From: an uncultured Ignavibacteriota bacterium | GTDB taxonomy: Bacteria > Bacteroidota > Ignavibacteria > UBA10030 > UBA8401 | Assembly (NCBI GenBank): GCA_903861125.1 | Contig: CAIOTF010000003.1 | Coordinates: forward strand, 13,274-77,273 | Direction of reading: 5' to 3' | Length of the DNA stretch: 64,000 bases | Shown here: positions 18,121-27,469 of the stretch, one piece after another | Numbering within the stretch: position 1 is the stretch's first letter | How the letters are laid out: each line of letters starts with the position of its first letter | Program-made: the position numbers and the translations under genes | The notes under the pieces: generated by a model | Seen by the model: the letters and a program-made list of their open reading frames with translations, nothing else | The model's database searches: none | What the model was told of the DNA's origin: nothing

Positions 18121-19596
18121 ATGGAAATGATCCAAGTAACATTATTGATCGCATTCTTCCTGATCATGGCCGTGTTGATGTTTCTGCGGAAACTTCCCGC
18201 AATCATCGCGTTGCCCATTATGGCAGTTCTCATTGCGCTGACAGGAGGAATTTCCCTCCCCGATACGGTCCGGTACGTGATTGGTACGGGTTCACTGAAG
18301 CTATCAACAGCCTATACCATCTCCATCTTTGGAAGCATGCTGAGCGTTCTGTTGCAAAAAACAGGGGTTGCGGAAAATTTCATAAAAAAAGGGGCGGAAC
18401 TTTCCGGCGATAATCCGTGGATCATTGCCGTTGTGATGCTTTCTCTTATCATCGTTCTTTTTAGCACACTCGGCGGACTGGGCGCGATCATCATGGTGGC
18501 AACTATTGTGCTTCCTATTATGTCGTCCGTTGGAATCGGACCGCTGACGACGGTCGGGATATTTTTGTTCGGATTGAGCATCGGCGGAATTTTGAATGTT
18601 GGTAACTGGGCCGTCTATATTTCGGTGATGGGCTTAACGGTCGATCAGATTCGTCCGTTCGCGCTGGTGATGTTCTGCATTTCATTCGCTGCCGCACTGG
18701 TCTACATCACCGTGCAATTATACCGAGACGGGAATAATTTGAACATAAAAAAAATAATTTCCCGAAATCTGCTGTTTTTGGCGTTGGCAGGAATCATTCT
18801 TTATTCGTACAACATGCTGTTGAACGAAGAAGCCCGAATCATGATCAACGAATCACTTTCCGGCATCGGCAGTATCCTTACATGGATGATCAGCGCAGGG
18901 ATTGTTCTGCTTTTTGTTGCCGCGTTCGTACGTTTGCTGCTGAAAAAAAATGAACATTCTCAGGAAGTACATTGGATAACGATATTCTCCCCCGCAATTC
19001 CTTTACTCCTGATCCTTCTATATAATATGGATTTTATCGCTTCGTTCGTGGTCGGTCTTATCTACACCTACATCGCTACATATAAAAAGGGAAGATTGAA
19101 CGTTTTTATCCAATCGATGTTCGAAGGGGGTGCGGTAGTGATGCCGGCCGTTGCACTGATGTTTGGCATCGGTATGCTTCTTGTTGCCATCATGGGACCC
19201 GGCACTCCCGTAGCAGCTTATCCGGACGGCTGGCCGGTTCTGCTGATCCTTAAACCGCTGATGATGAAGATTGTTCCTTCCAATCCGTTCGAATATGTTT
19301 TCATTTTTACGCTTGCCGCACCGCTTGCATTATATAGAGGGCCGTTAAATGTGTGGGGCATGGGATACGGATTAGCGGCAGTCTTTCTGGCAAGCGGCTT
19401 AAATCCCGGCGCTGTGATGGGACTGCTGCTCGGCGTCGGTCATATCCAGGGTGTCAGCGATCCAACAAACACGCAGAATGTCTGGCTCGCCAACGAAATG
19501 AGAATTGATGTGCAAAAAATTCTTTGGAATACTATTCCCTATACGTGGATCCTTGCATTGTTAGGATTGACCTGTTCTGCCATCATGTTCATGTAA
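18121..19596 (+). CDS. ion-transporter-superfamily permease (GntP/CitMHS-like)
   Basis: 491 aa with about 12 TM segments. Organisation resembles GntP-type carriers (N-terminal TM hairpin, 'GGLGAIIMVATIVLPIMSSVGIGPLT'). Substrate unknown. Confidence 0.5.
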   Translation: MEMIQVTLLIAFFLIMAVLMFLRKLPAIIALPIMAVLIALTGGISLPDTVRYVIGTGSLKLSTAYTISIFGSMLSVLLQKTGVAENFIKKGAELSGDNPWIIAVVMLSLIIVLFSTLGGLGAIIMVATIVLPIMSSVGIGPLTTVGIFLFGLSIGGILNVGNWAVYISVMGLTVDQIRPFALVMFCISFAAALVYITVQLYRDGNNLNIKKIISRNLLFLALAGIILYSYNMLLNEEARIMINESLSGIGSILTWMISAGIVLLFVAAFVRLLLKKNEHSQEVHWITIFSPAIPLLLILLYNMDFIASFVVGLIYTYIATYKKGRLNVFIQSMFEGGAVVMPAVALMFGIGMLLVAIMGPGTPVAAYPDGWPVLLILKPLMMKIVPSNPFEYVFIFTLAAPLALYRGPLNVWGMGYGLAAVFLASGLNPGAVMGLLLGVGHIQGVSDPTNTQNVWLANEMRIDVQKILWNTIPYTWILALLGLTCSAIMFM

Positions 19597-19611
19597 TTTC
19601 ACAGAAAAAGA

Positions 19612-21768
19612 ATGAAACGAAAAATTAAGATTGGAATTGATGTCGGCGGCACATTCACACACGCTGTAGCGATTGATATCGCTGATTTCGCGATCATCGG
19701 CAAAGCGTGTGTGCTTACCACTCATCAAGCTCAGGAAGGCGTTGCAAAAGGGGTTGTGGATTCGATGCATCAGCTTCTCGAAGCATCGGCGATCGATCCC
19801 GGCGAGGTTATTCTGATCGCTCATTCCACAACTCAGGCAACAAATGCATTGCTCGAAGGAGATGTTGCAACGGTCGGAATTATCGGCATGGGAAAAGGTC
19901 TAGAAGGACGCCGGGCAAAAAGCGAGACCAATTTGCGGAACATCGAACTTGCTCCGGGAAAATTTCTCCATACACATTTTCATTTCATCGACACAGGAAC
20001 GAAGATCACCGAAGCGATGGTGACCGAAGCGGTGCAGAAAGTAACCGCGTCCGGCGCAACCGTGATCGTTGCATCCGAAGCATTCGGCGTTGATAATACG
20101 GCGAACGAAGAGTTTGTTGTTCGCATTGCGGAATCGATGGGTTTCAAGGCGACCGCAGCAAGTTCGATCTCAAAACTGTACGGACTGCGCGTAAGAACAA
20201 GAACCGCCGTAATCAATGCGAGCATGCTTCCCAAAATGCTGGAGACCGCAATCATGACCGAGGAAGCCGTACGGAAGAGCGGCATCAACGCTCCGCTGAT
20301 GGTGATGCGGTCCGACGGCGGCATCATGGATATCAAAGAAATGCATAAGCGGCCAATCCTTACAATGCTTTCGGGACCTGCGGCCGGCGTTACCGCAGCC
20401 ATGATGTATGCTAAAGTTTCGGACGGTGTATTCCTTGAGGTCGGCGGAACGTCAACGGATATCTCCATCATCAAGAACGGAAAACCGCAAATAAAGAGTG
20501 CACAGATCGGCGGCAACCGTTTGTATGTTCATACGCTTGATGTACGTACATTAGGGATCGCCGGCGGATCGCTGGTCCGTTTCAGCGATAATACGATCGT
20601 CGATGTCGGTCCGAGAAGCGCGCATATTGCAAAGCTGCATTACATTGCATTCACATCAAATCTTGATTTCCATAATGCAGGCATCGAAAAAATACAACCG
20701 GTAAGCGATGATCCGGATGATTATCTTGCGGTATCGCTTAATGGGCATCGCAATAAATTCGCACTGACGCCGACAGAAGCTTCAAACTATTTAGGACTTG
20801 TGAAAGTTGCCGGACATGGAAAAGCGAATTCCCGCGCTATCGAGGAATTCTTCGGATCATTTTCACGGATGATCCATAAACAGCCAAAGGAAATTGCTGA
20901 ACAGATCCTTTCTATTGCCGCTGATAAGATCAAACCGGTCATCCATCAGTTGGCGCGGGAATACAAACTCGACATGGACATGATGCAGTTCGTCGGCGGC
21001 GGCGGCGGCGCATCGGCAATTGTTCCGTTCACGGCAAATTCCATGAATGTTCCTCATATGATCGCCGATAATTCGGAAGTGATCTCCGCCATCGGCGCAG
21101 CGCTCGGAATGATCAGGGATTCCGTCGAAAAGAACATCATTAATCCGACCGAATCCGAAATTATTTCGTTGCGACAGGAAGCGGTGAATTCCGTGATCGG
21201 AATGGGAGCCGTTCCGGATTCCATCGAAGTGAGCATTGAGATAGACAGCAAAAACAAAAAAGTGATCGCCTCGGCGATGGGTACAAGCGAGTTGAGAACG
21301 AAGGACATTGATATTCAGAAGTTAAGCGAAGACAAACTGATCACGATCTGCGCCGCATCCCTTCGGACGGATAAGGACAATGTGTCAATTGCGGGACGGA
21401 CATCGTTCCTCTACGCGGTTGTTTCCACAGATATCCGGAAGAAATTCTTCGGTTTGGTGAACGAACAAAGCCAGCAATTGCGGGTGATCGATAAAGAAGG
21501 GACGATAAAACTGCAGATCAAGGACTGCATCGTTGATTCAGTGCAGCACGGAGCTGTAAAATCGAAGATCAAAGAGATGATCGAAACACTCACGACATTC
21601 GGCGATGCCGGCGCATTGGTACCGAACATTTATCTGCTGACCTCGGCAAAAGTCGTCGATCTCACCGGCCTGATTAAAGAATCACAGATCATGGCGTTGG
21701 TCGATCTGGAAATTTCAAAAGCAATGCCCGACGAAGAGATCGTGGTGATTGCCGCGCCAAATAAATAA
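19612..21768 (+). CDS. hydantoinase/oxoprolinase A-family (HyuA-like, ASKHA-fold) protein
   Basis: 718 aa. '[14 protein letters not shown]' and '[13 protein letters not shown]' match the two ASKHA phosphate motifs of HyuA-type proteins. No HyuB-like partner is present in the window. Confidence 0.6.
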   Translation: MKRKIKIGIDVGGTFTHAVAIDIADFAIIGKACVLTTHQAQEGVAKGVVDSMHQLLEASAIDPGEVILIAHSTTQATNALLEGDVATVGIIGMGKGLEGRRAKSETNLRNIELAPGKFLHTHFHFIDTGTKITEAMVTEAVQKVTASGATVIVASEAFGVDNTANEEFVVRIAESMGFKATAASSISKLYGLRVRTRTAVINASMLPKMLETAIMTEEAVRKSGINAPLMVMRSDGGIMDIKEMHKRPILTMLSGPAAGVTAAMMYAKVSDGVFLEVGGTSTDISIIKNGKPQIKSAQIGGNRLYVHTLDVRTLGIAGGSLVRFSDNTIVDVGPRSAHIAKLHYIAFTSNLDFHNAGIEKIQPVSDDPDDYLAVSLNGHRNKFALTPTEASNYLGLVKVAGHGKANSRAIEEFFGSFSRMIHKQPKEIAEQILSIAADKIKPVIHQLAREYKLDMDMMQFVGGGGGASAIVPFTANSMNVPHMIADNSEVISAIGAALGMIRDSVEKNIINPTESEIISLRQEAVNSVIGMGAVPDSIEVSIEIDSKNKKVIASAMGTSELRTKDIDIQKLSEDKLITICAASLRTDKDNVSIAGRTSFLYAVVSTDIRKKFFGLVNEQSQQLRVIDKEGTIKLQIKDCIVDSVQHGAVKSKIKEMIETLTTFGDAGALVPNIYLLTSAKVVDLTGLIKESQIMALVDLEISKAMPDEEIVVIAAPNK

Positions 21769-21779
21769 GAGACCGCAGC

Positions 21780-22616
21780 GTGATAAACAATACGACATAT
21801 GACTATATCGTTTTCGGGACTACTATTCCGGGAATCATTTTTGCGGTCAAAAAATCGCTCGCCGGATATTCCGTTCTACTGACAAATATGTTCGGTTTCC
21901 CCGGCGGCAGTATTACTGAACAGTTGAACTGTTACCAGAATGTCGATGAAACTCAATTACAGGGGTTGGCACAAGAGATCTATCGTTCCATAGCACCCGA
22001 AAATTTTGAACGAACAATCGTCAATCCTGAGTCGGTAAAATTCGTTCTTCAGCAAACAGTGGAGAATTCATCCGTTCATCTTTACTTTCACGTTACGCCG
22101 AAAAAGATTGTAATGAATGGTGACGGAATATTCGAAGTTTCCCTTCTAGCAAAAGAAGGCAATACGGCCGTAACCGGAAAAAAAATAGTCGATGCTTCGG
22201 AAGATTTTTATGGAGCCGTACTGCTGAACAGAAAAAGGATAATACAAGAACGATGTGTCAACCTATTCATTTCGCGTCCATTGAACGATAAATTTTTGCC
22301 GTTTGGAAAAATCGCAAAAACAGTGAAACTGTCCGACGGAAGATATTGGATCTCTTTGAGACTGAATTCGCAGGATGAGCTTTTTGCGGAGAATGAAACA
22401 CACGATCTGCTGAATACTTTTCGGGAAATTCTGGAAGATTCTCACAGCAGGATCCAAGTGCTCCCTCTCGGCGCTCAGACTATCTACGGATTGGAAAGAG
22501 GAGATAATTTCAAAAATACATTCTCAACTATTGATGATATTCTCGGTTCTTCCATGAAACCGTCCGACCAATTTCAAAGGGGATCGGTATTAGAATCGGC
22601 TCTTAATAAATTTTAG
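21780..22616 (+). CDS. FAD_oxidored-like protein with degenerate dinucleotide-binding motif
   Basis: 278 aa, GTG start. The N-terminus 'YDYIVFGTTIPGIIFAVKKSLAGYSVLLTNMFGFPGGSIT' parallels 23334..24644, but GxGxxG is replaced by GTTIPG. Confidence 0.4.
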   Translation: MINNTTYDYIVFGTTIPGIIFAVKKSLAGYSVLLTNMFGFPGGSITEQLNCYQNVDETQLQGLAQEIYRSIAPENFERTIVNPESVKFVLQQTVENSSVHLYFHVTPKKIVMNGDGIFEVSLLAKEGNTAVTGKKIVDASEDFYGAVLLNRKRIIQERCVNLFISRPLNDKFLPFGKIAKTVKLSDGRYWISLRLNSQDELFAENETHDLLNTFREILEDSHSRIQVLPLGAQTIYGLERGDNFKNTFSTIDDILGSSMKPSDQFQRGSVLESALNKF

Positions 22617-22643
22617 AATATCTTTACGACGACAAAAATAACT

Positions 22644-23327
22644 ATGAATGATGTTTTTCAAAAATTAAAAAATGGACTGATCGTCTCTTGCCAGGCGGAA
22701 GGAAACTCCCCTTTTAATACGCCGGAAGGTGTAACACTGTTTGCGCAGGCAGCGGTGCAGGGAGGTGCAGCAGGCATTCGTTCCGAAGGAATTGAAAAAA
22801 CAAAGATGATCATTAAGTCGGTTAAACTACCGGTGATCGGTTTGATCAAGTCATCATTTGACGACGGTTATGTCCGTATCACCGGATCTTTCTCCGATGT
22901 TGAAAACCTGCTGTCCATCGGCGCAACGATCATCGCCATCGACGGTACGTTCCGCAAACGTGAGAATCTTTCCGGACCGGATTTTATTGCGAATGTTAAA
23001 CAGCGTTATAATTGTATTATCATGGCCGATATTGACGGCGAACAGGAAGCACTCGCATGCGTTGCGGCCGGCGCAGACTGCGTATCAACAACACTCAGCG
23101 GATACACGCCGGAGACCAAGAACAAAGATCACTATCCCGATGTTCAGCTTCTTTCTGCATTGGCAAAAAAATTGAGCGTTCCTGTTATCGCAGAAGGAAG
23201 AATCAATACGCCCGAAATGGCGGCTAAGATGAAATCGCATGGTGCATGGTGCGTTGTCGTCGGTTCTGCCATAACACGGCCGACGGAAATCACGAAATGG
23301 TTCGTTCAATCCTTAAAGAACAGTTAA
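22644..23327 (+). CDS. nanE: N-acetylmannosamine-6-phosphate 2-epimerase
   Basis: 227 aa. 'GLIVSCQAEGNSPFNTPEGVTLFAQAAVQGGAAGIRSEGIEKTKMIIKSVKLPVIGLIK' is collinear with NanE-family TIM barrels. Confidence 0.8.
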   Translation: MNDVFQKLKNGLIVSCQAEGNSPFNTPEGVTLFAQAAVQGGAAGIRSEGIEKTKMIIKSVKLPVIGLIKSSFDDGYVRITGSFSDVENLLSIGATIIAIDGTFRKRENLSGPDFIANVKQRYNCIIMADIDGEQEALACVAAGADCVSTTLSGYTPETKNKDHYPDVQLLSALAKKLSVPVIAEGRINTPEMAAKMKSHGAWCVVVGSAITRPTEITKWFVQSLKNS

Positions 23328-23333
23328 TACCGC

Positions 23334-24644
23334 ATGGCATTACTTTCAGAATATGATGTGATCGTTGTCGGTGCAGGTATCGCCGGCATCGCTGCTGCCG
23401 TGAAAGCCGGACGCTCTGGCGTTTCGGTTCTGCTCGTCGAACAGTATGGTTTTGTCGGCGGCATGTCCACTGCAGGAATGGTCTCTCCGTTCATGAAACA
23501 TCAGGTTCAGGGTGAAGTGCTGGTTCGCGGCGTGTTTGAAGATATTGAACGGGAAATGCGGAAACAGCACGGGATGATCGATAATGGTTTTTTTGCCAAT
23601 TCGTTCAGATCGGCATCATTTCATCTCCTGAAAGAATCCGGATGCACCTTGTTGCTGCATAGTATTATCTCCGGCGTTACGAAAAACAATACGACAATCG
23701 AATCTATTTCCATTTTCACGTCCGGCAGAGAAATAACAATCAAAGGAAAGGTCTTCATAGACACATCCGGAGATGCGCAACTTTTATTTCTTGGCAATTT
23801 GCCGTGGGTGAAAGGTGATGAAAAAACGGGATTACTCCAGGCATTGACATTGTTTTTCCGTATGGGCAATATCGATCTTGTGAAAGCGACAGAGTATGCG
23901 AAGAACAATAAGAATGAATTCTTCGATTGGATGGATTATAATTTCAATCTGACCAAAATTATTTCGGTTGCCGGCTATTTCAGCTCCGTGAAAAAAGCGA
24001 TTCAGGAACAGCGACTTTCTCCCGAAGTTCAGTATATCTTCTTTACCACCCTTCCGGAATCAGGGGAAGGATCGTTTAATACATCAAACATTCTTGAGCT
24101 GGACGGTTCATCATCCATCGATCTGACAAAAGCGGAACTGGCCGGAAGGAAACAAGTACATCAGGTGGTTGCATTGCTGAAGAATGAGATACCGGGATTC
24201 GAACATTCGTATCTGATCGAAACGGCCCCGCAGGTGGGAGTACGTGAAACACGCCGGGCTGTTGGCGACTATGCTGTCACCGGCGACGATATTAAGCACG
24301 GAAATAAATTCCGTGATGCGGTCGCGCGGGGATGTTACGGCATTGATATCCACGGACAGAAAGATGAAAGCAGCCGGATGGAACATCTTGCCGAAGGGGA
24401 TTATTACGAGATTCCTCTAAGAGCCTTATTGGTACAAAATTCAACTAATGTACTCGCCGCGGGAAGGTGTATTTCTTCCACGCGTGAAGGACACAGTGCA
24501 TTAAGAATTCAACCGACATCTTCTGCCACCGGCGAGGCATGCGGTGCGTTAGCGGCGCTATCGGTGAAATCTCACCGAGCAGTCAGAGAGATCGAATACA
24601 ACACAGTTCGGGATCTCATTTCACACAATATTTCCAAAAAGTAA
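23334..24644 (+). CDS. FAD-dependent oxidoreductase (FAD_oxidored/PF12831-like)
   Basis: 436 aa with an intact Rossmann motif: 'YDVIVVGAGIAGIAAAVKAGRSGVSVLLVEQYGFVGGMSTAGMV'. Confidence 0.7.
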   Translation: MALLSEYDVIVVGAGIAGIAAAVKAGRSGVSVLLVEQYGFVGGMSTAGMVSPFMKHQVQGEVLVRGVFEDIEREMRKQHGMIDNGFFANSFRSASFHLLKESGCTLLLHSIISGVTKNNTTIESISIFTSGREITIKGKVFIDTSGDAQLLFLGNLPWVKGDEKTGLLQALTLFFRMGNIDLVKATEYAKNNKNEFFDWMDYNFNLTKIISVAGYFSSVKKAIQEQRLSPEVQYIFFTTLPESGEGSFNTSNILELDGSSSIDLTKAELAGRKQVHQVVALLKNEIPGFEHSYLIETAPQVGVRETRRAVGDYAVTGDDIKHGNKFRDAVARGCYGIDIHGQKDESSRMEHLAEGDYYEIPLRALLVQNSTNVLAAGRCISSTREGHSALRIQPTSSATGEACGALAALSVKSHRAVREIEYNTVRDLISHNISKK

Positions 24645-24656
24645 ATTTTATCGTTA

Positions 24657-26066
24657 ATGAATATAATATTCGGCACTGATGGATGGCGCGGTTTGCTTGA
24701 GAGCGAAGTGAATGAACACTCGGTCTCGCTTGTTGCTCAGGCATTCTCCGATTACGCTAAGAACCGTTCATCGTCGCCATCCATCGTCATCGGATATGAC
24801 GGAAGACGGCGATCGAAAGAATTTGCCCATCTTTTTGCTTCAATCCTCGATGGTAATTCAATCAGATATTTTTTATCGGATACAGTGATCCCCACTCCGG
24901 TTGTTTCGTATTTCGTAAAAGCACGGTCGCTGGACTTCGGCGTAATGCTGACCGCATCGCATAATCCGCCGGAATACAACGGTATCAAATTCAAAGCGGC
25001 CTATGGCGGTCCGTTCTTCACGGAAGAGACACACAAGGTCGAAGCGCTGATTGGTCGTTCACCGATACAGCGATCCGCACGTCAACTGGTTACTCAAGAT
25101 CTTCTCACTCTTTATACGGAACACCTCCGGAAGATCGTTGATTTCCAGACGATCGCGAAAGGCAATATTTCGGCGGTGATCGATTCCATGAGTGGAGCCG
25201 GCGGAACCATCATTGAGGATTTATTGTCGCGCTTTGGAACTACTGCAAAAACAATTTTTGAAATACCGAATGATACGTTTTCAGGCAGATTAGCTGAACC
25301 GATAGAGAAAAATCTTATCCCCTTGCAGCAGGAATTGCAGAGGAATAATTTTTCCCTCGGCGTTGCTACGGACGGAGATGCCGACCGGTTAGGCGTTTTA
25401 CTGGATACGGGAGAGTGGCTCAGCAGTCAGGAAACGATACTTCTTCTTGCGGATTTTCTTAAGAACGGCAAAAATTTCCCCGGCGACATCGTCAAAACCT
25501 CTTCCGTGACGAACCTTCTTCAGACACATTTTGGTTCCGCTGATTGCACGGTTCACGATGTACAGGTTGGATTCAAATATATCTGCGAAAAGATGATGGA
25601 AACGGATGCAGCTTTCGGTGCGGAAGAAAGCGGCGGATATGGTTTTAAAGGACACATCCCGGAACGTGACGGTATTCTCTCCGCACTGTTATTTATTGAG
25701 ATGCTTGCTTCCTCCCCTTTTAAGCGGCTGAGCGAATACGTTGATGCCAAAAGAAAACAGTTTGGCCGGATATTCTATGATCGGATAGATCACCCGTATC
25801 ATCATGACGATCGGAATGATAAATTACCCGCAATGGAGAAAGATCCACCTGCGGAGATTTCACAATTTTCAGTGAAGAATATTTTCAAATTCTACAGCAG
25901 CCGTGGAATTGTCAATGGATTAAAGTTCAATCTCGAAGGAAAAACCCGATGGCTGCTGTTGCGTTCATCCGAAACGGAACCACTTATTCGAATTTATGCA
26001 GAGGGCGAATCGGAAAAAGAAGTTCAACAAATCCTCATATCAGGAATTGCACTTATTGCTAATTAA
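24657..26066 (+). CDS. alpha-D-phosphohexomutase (PGM/PMM family)
   Basis: 'FGTDGWRG', active-site loop 'TASHNPPEYNGIKF', metal loop 'GVATDGDADR', sugar loop 'GAEESGGYGF'. Confidence 0.85.
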   Translation: MNIIFGTDGWRGLLESEVNEHSVSLVAQAFSDYAKNRSSSPSIVIGYDGRRRSKEFAHLFASILDGNSIRYFLSDTVIPTPVVSYFVKARSLDFGVMLTASHNPPEYNGIKFKAAYGGPFFTEETHKVEALIGRSPIQRSARQLVTQDLLTLYTEHLRKIVDFQTIAKGNISAVIDSMSGAGGTIIEDLLSRFGTTAKTIFEIPNDTFSGRLAEPIEKNLIPLQQELQRNNFSLGVATDGDADRLGVLLDTGEWLSSQETILLLADFLKNGKNFPGDIVKTSSVTNLLQTHFGSADCTVHDVQVGFKYICEKMMETDAAFGAEESGGYGFKGHIPERDGILSALLFIEMLASSPFKRLSEYVDAKRKQFGRIFYDRIDHPYHHDDRNDKLPAMEKDPPAEISQFSVKNIFKFYSSRGIVNGLKFNLEGKTRWLLLRSSETEPLIRIYAEGESEKEVQQILISGIALIAN

Positions 26067-26075
26067 ACAGGGACA

Positions 26076-27446
26076 ATGAAGAAGATAATCGATAAACATA
26101 ACGCAGCTGAACTATTAAAGAATCTCTCCGACGAATTTGCCGTCGTAAAGAATCCGGAATACATCCATCCCGAATTCGAACTGTATCCCCTTGCGCCGAA
26201 ACTGACTTCCCCGCTGGATTCTCTTTCCGCTGCGGTGATGGACATGGACGGCACAACAACGACAACTGAAGAACTCTGCATCCATTCGCTCGAGTTTATG
26301 ATAAGGAAGATGTCCGGGAAGATGACGACAGAGTCATGGAAGGGACTTGATCACACCCTTGATTACCCGCATATCATCGGGAACAGCACAACCAAACATG
26401 TGGAATATCTTATCACCAAATATCATTCTTTACTTATTGATGAGAATATTAAAGGATCATATTTCTACGCAGCAATATGGACCCTTCTTTCCGGCAACGA
26501 CAGCAAACGAAAAGAAGAAGTCATCATCAATCTCAATAATTTGAATCTTTCCGGCATCCTCGGTGATGGATTTTATAAGGATCTCTCGGCAAAGAATACT
26601 TCCCTTGCAGATCTGGAACATGAAATATCGGAATATTTTCTCCAGCGCTTTTCCGACAGATTCCCTTCGTTGTTCAAAACAGACCTTGTTAAGATTGCTA
26701 TCGATATTTATTACCAACGGTACCATGAGATATTGCAGCGCATTAAAAGGGGCGAAAGTAAGAATATTTCCATCGAACTTTTCAATGACCCGAACAAACG
26801 ATTGATCCAGCCGATGCCGGGTGTATTATTTCTTCTCTGTCTTTTGAAAGGATGGCTCGGAAACGAAGCGGAAAATCTTGCCGACAGACTTATTGAAGAT
26901 TACCACGTAAAATCAGGAAAACAATTTGACATCCTTGATCCGGCAGAAATAAAAAAGAAAATTAAATCATTAGGCCTTTATTTCGAAAAACATCCCGCGA
27001 AAATTGCTATCGTCACATCGTCGATCTTTTATGAGGCGGATATCGTCATAGGCGAGGTCTTCAATGTTTTAACAACGCAACTGAATGACCTCGCGATCTC
27101 ATCCGCACGGAAAGAACTGATACGGCAAAAACTGTCCGGTTACAGGAATGTCTATGACGCGTTTATTACCGCAAGCGACTCTACCGAGATCCGCCTGAAA
27201 CCGCACCGTGATCTCTACTGTATTGCCCTTCATCAATTGAATGTTCCTGCTGCAGACTTTAAGAACGTAATCGGTTTCGAGGACAGCGAAAGCGGAACGA
27301 TTGCCATCCGCGCCGCCGGTATTGGCCGGTGCGTTGCCGTTCCTTTTGCTCAAACGAAGGGCCATAATTTTGATGCGGCTGCGGTCGTTTGCACAGGGGG
27401 TGTTCCCGAGATCGTTCTTTCATACAATCTTTTTTTCAAATCGTAA
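26076..27446 (+). CDS. HAD-IA family hydrolase with unusually large (~250 aa) cap insertion
   Basis: Motif I 'DMDGTTTTTE', motif II 'IAIVTSS', motif III 'RLKPHRDLY', motif IV 'GFEDSESGTIAIRAAG'. About 250 residues separate motifs I and II. Confidence 0.6.
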   Translation: MKKIIDKHNAAELLKNLSDEFAVVKNPEYIHPEFELYPLAPKLTSPLDSLSAAVMDMDGTTTTTEELCIHSLEFMIRKMSGKMTTESWKGLDHTLDYPHIIGNSTTKHVEYLITKYHSLLIDENIKGSYFYAAIWTLLSGNDSKRKEEVIINLNNLNLSGILGDGFYKDLSAKNTSLADLEHEISEYFLQRFSDRFPSLFKTDLVKIAIDIYYQRYHEILQRIKRGESKNISIELFNDPNKRLIQPMPGVLFLLCLLKGWLGNEAENLADRLIEDYHVKSGKQFDILDPAEIKKKIKSLGLYFEKHPAKIAIVTSSIFYEADIVIGEVFNVLTTQLNDLAISSARKELIRQKLSGYRNVYDAFITASDSTEIRLKPHRDLYCIALHQLNVPAADFKNVIGFEDSESGTIAIRAAGIGRCVAVPFAQTKGHNFDAAAVVCTGGVPEIVLSYNLFFKS

Positions 27447-27469
27447 CTTCTCCGTATATCGTTAGAACT

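Noticed and set aside
27389-27469. Upstream extensions of track ORFs: GH38 from 27389, T9SS protein from 18007, barrel protein from 9445 (TTG), 689-aa protein from 13307, GH5 from 46588, kinase from 35107 and SGNH from 34904.
   Set aside because: The extensions overlap upstream genes or add non-signal residues ahead of an internal ATG. That ATG is immediately followed by a canonical signal peptide or family N-terminus, and in some cases has a GGAG upstream.
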